Below, in pieces: positions 63,663 to 64,000 of a stretch of DNA of 64,000 bases; the stretch's first letter is position 1; each line of letters starts with the position of its first letter. The notes under the pieces were generated by a model that worked only from the letters and a program-made list of their open reading frames with translations, was not told the origin of the DNA and did no database searches. This DNA is from Bacteroidaceae bacterium (GTDB lineage Bacteria; Bacteroidota; Bacteroidia; Bacteroidales; Barnesiellaceae_A). Both the position numbers and the translations under genes were made by a program. Where the stretch lies: contig JAFQRE010000042.1 of the NCBI GenBank assembly GCA_017410245.1, positions 136,536-200,535 of the forward strand, written 5' to 3'.

Positions 63663-64000
63663 ATGAGCGAGCAGAAATTTTGTTATAAATATCCGCACCC
63701 TTCAGTTACAGCCGATTGTGTGATTTTCGGTTTTGACGGTGTAAGTATTAAGGTATTGTTGATTCAGCGTGGCATTGAGCCATTCAAGGGCAAATGGGCT
63801 TTCCCTGGTGGTTTTATGAAGATTGACGAGACTGCCGAGGCGTGTGCCAAGCGTGAGTTGGAGGAGGAAACAGGGCTTAAAAATGCTTCTGTTGAGCAGT
63901 TCTACACCTTCTCAGATGTAAACCGAGACCCTCGTGAACGAGTAATAACCGTGGCGCACTATGCCTTGGTAAAACTCTCAGAGGTTAAAGGTGGCGATGA
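63663..64000 (+). CDS. NUDIX hydrolase (3' end outside the window; ADP-ribose pyrophosphatase / NrtR-like N-terminal domain)
   Basis: NUDIX box GKWAFPGGFMKIDETAEACAKRELEEETGL (GX5EX7REUXEEXGU). The ORF runs to the window edge. Confidence 0.85.
   Translation, partial: MSEQKFCYKYPHPSVTADCVIFGFDGVSIKVLLIQRGIEPFKGKWAFPGGFMKIDETAEACAKRELEEETGLKNASVEQFYTFSDVNRDPRERVITVAHYALVKLSEVKGGD

Noticed and set aside
1-64000. Searched by eye for CRISPR arrays, rRNA genes, integrases, transposases, IS terminal repeats and prophage structural genes
   Set aside because: None was found. The only exact repeats seen are the 16-mer pair at 63587-63654 and protein-level module repeats. The islands therefore cannot be called mobile elements from this window.

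Overview
All calls are made by eye from the sequence and ORF track; no searches were run. The window looks like a Bacteroidota (Bacteroidales-type) chromosome segment. Supporting signs are two proteins with T9SS-type C-terminal sorting tails, TAnnTTTG-type promoter boxes, A-rich leaders in place of Shine-Dalgarno sites, and lipoprotein signals.

Bases 15.3-61 kb are mostly housekeeping: lrgAB, recQ, rpsF-rpsR-rplI, a TrmH-family methyltransferase, an FtsX-like permease, an ABC-F ATPase, dnaK, lspA, a dksA-like gene, ileS, purL, tRNA-Gln, a MATE transporter and plsC. Interspersed are surface proteins: a BspA-like LRR protein and a 2077-aa protein with many Ig-like repeats.

The left 15 kb is an all-plus-strand accessory island with no integrase or transposase in view. 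It contains three modules.

1. A translationally coupled operon of a DA1-like peptidase, a TerY-type vWA protein, a PP2C phosphatase and a Hanks kinase fused to a second vWA domain. This is an expanded TerY-P-like module.
2. A RiPP-like cassette: M48 peptidase, a 68-aa Cys-containing peptide, a radical SAM/SPASM enzyme and a GNAT, followed by a run of small ORFs.
3. A block with a Sel1-SpoVK-type AAA+ ATPase, a DUF1232-like protein, an HExxH peptidase and a kinase-like::classical-AAA fusion protein.

A diverged paralogue of that kinase-like::AAA fusion sits 47 kb away (61.0-62.8 kb), wedged between housekeeping genes. Both copies appear to lack the DFG aspartate, and copy 2 also lacks the catalytic Asp and the beta3 Lys. 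I therefore read them as pseudokinase-AAA proteins, and I rank them as the most likely undescribed system, ahead of the TerY-P variant and the RiPP cassette.

Other points worth a second look:
- an orphan promoter plus strong terminator with no ORF between them (candidate sRNA, 27.88-28.09 kb)
- a Cx4Cx2C radical SAM gene overlapping a YhhQ-type 7-deazapurine-precursor transporter gene
- a frame-split LRR gene
- an exact 16-nt direct repeat in front of a NUDIX gene
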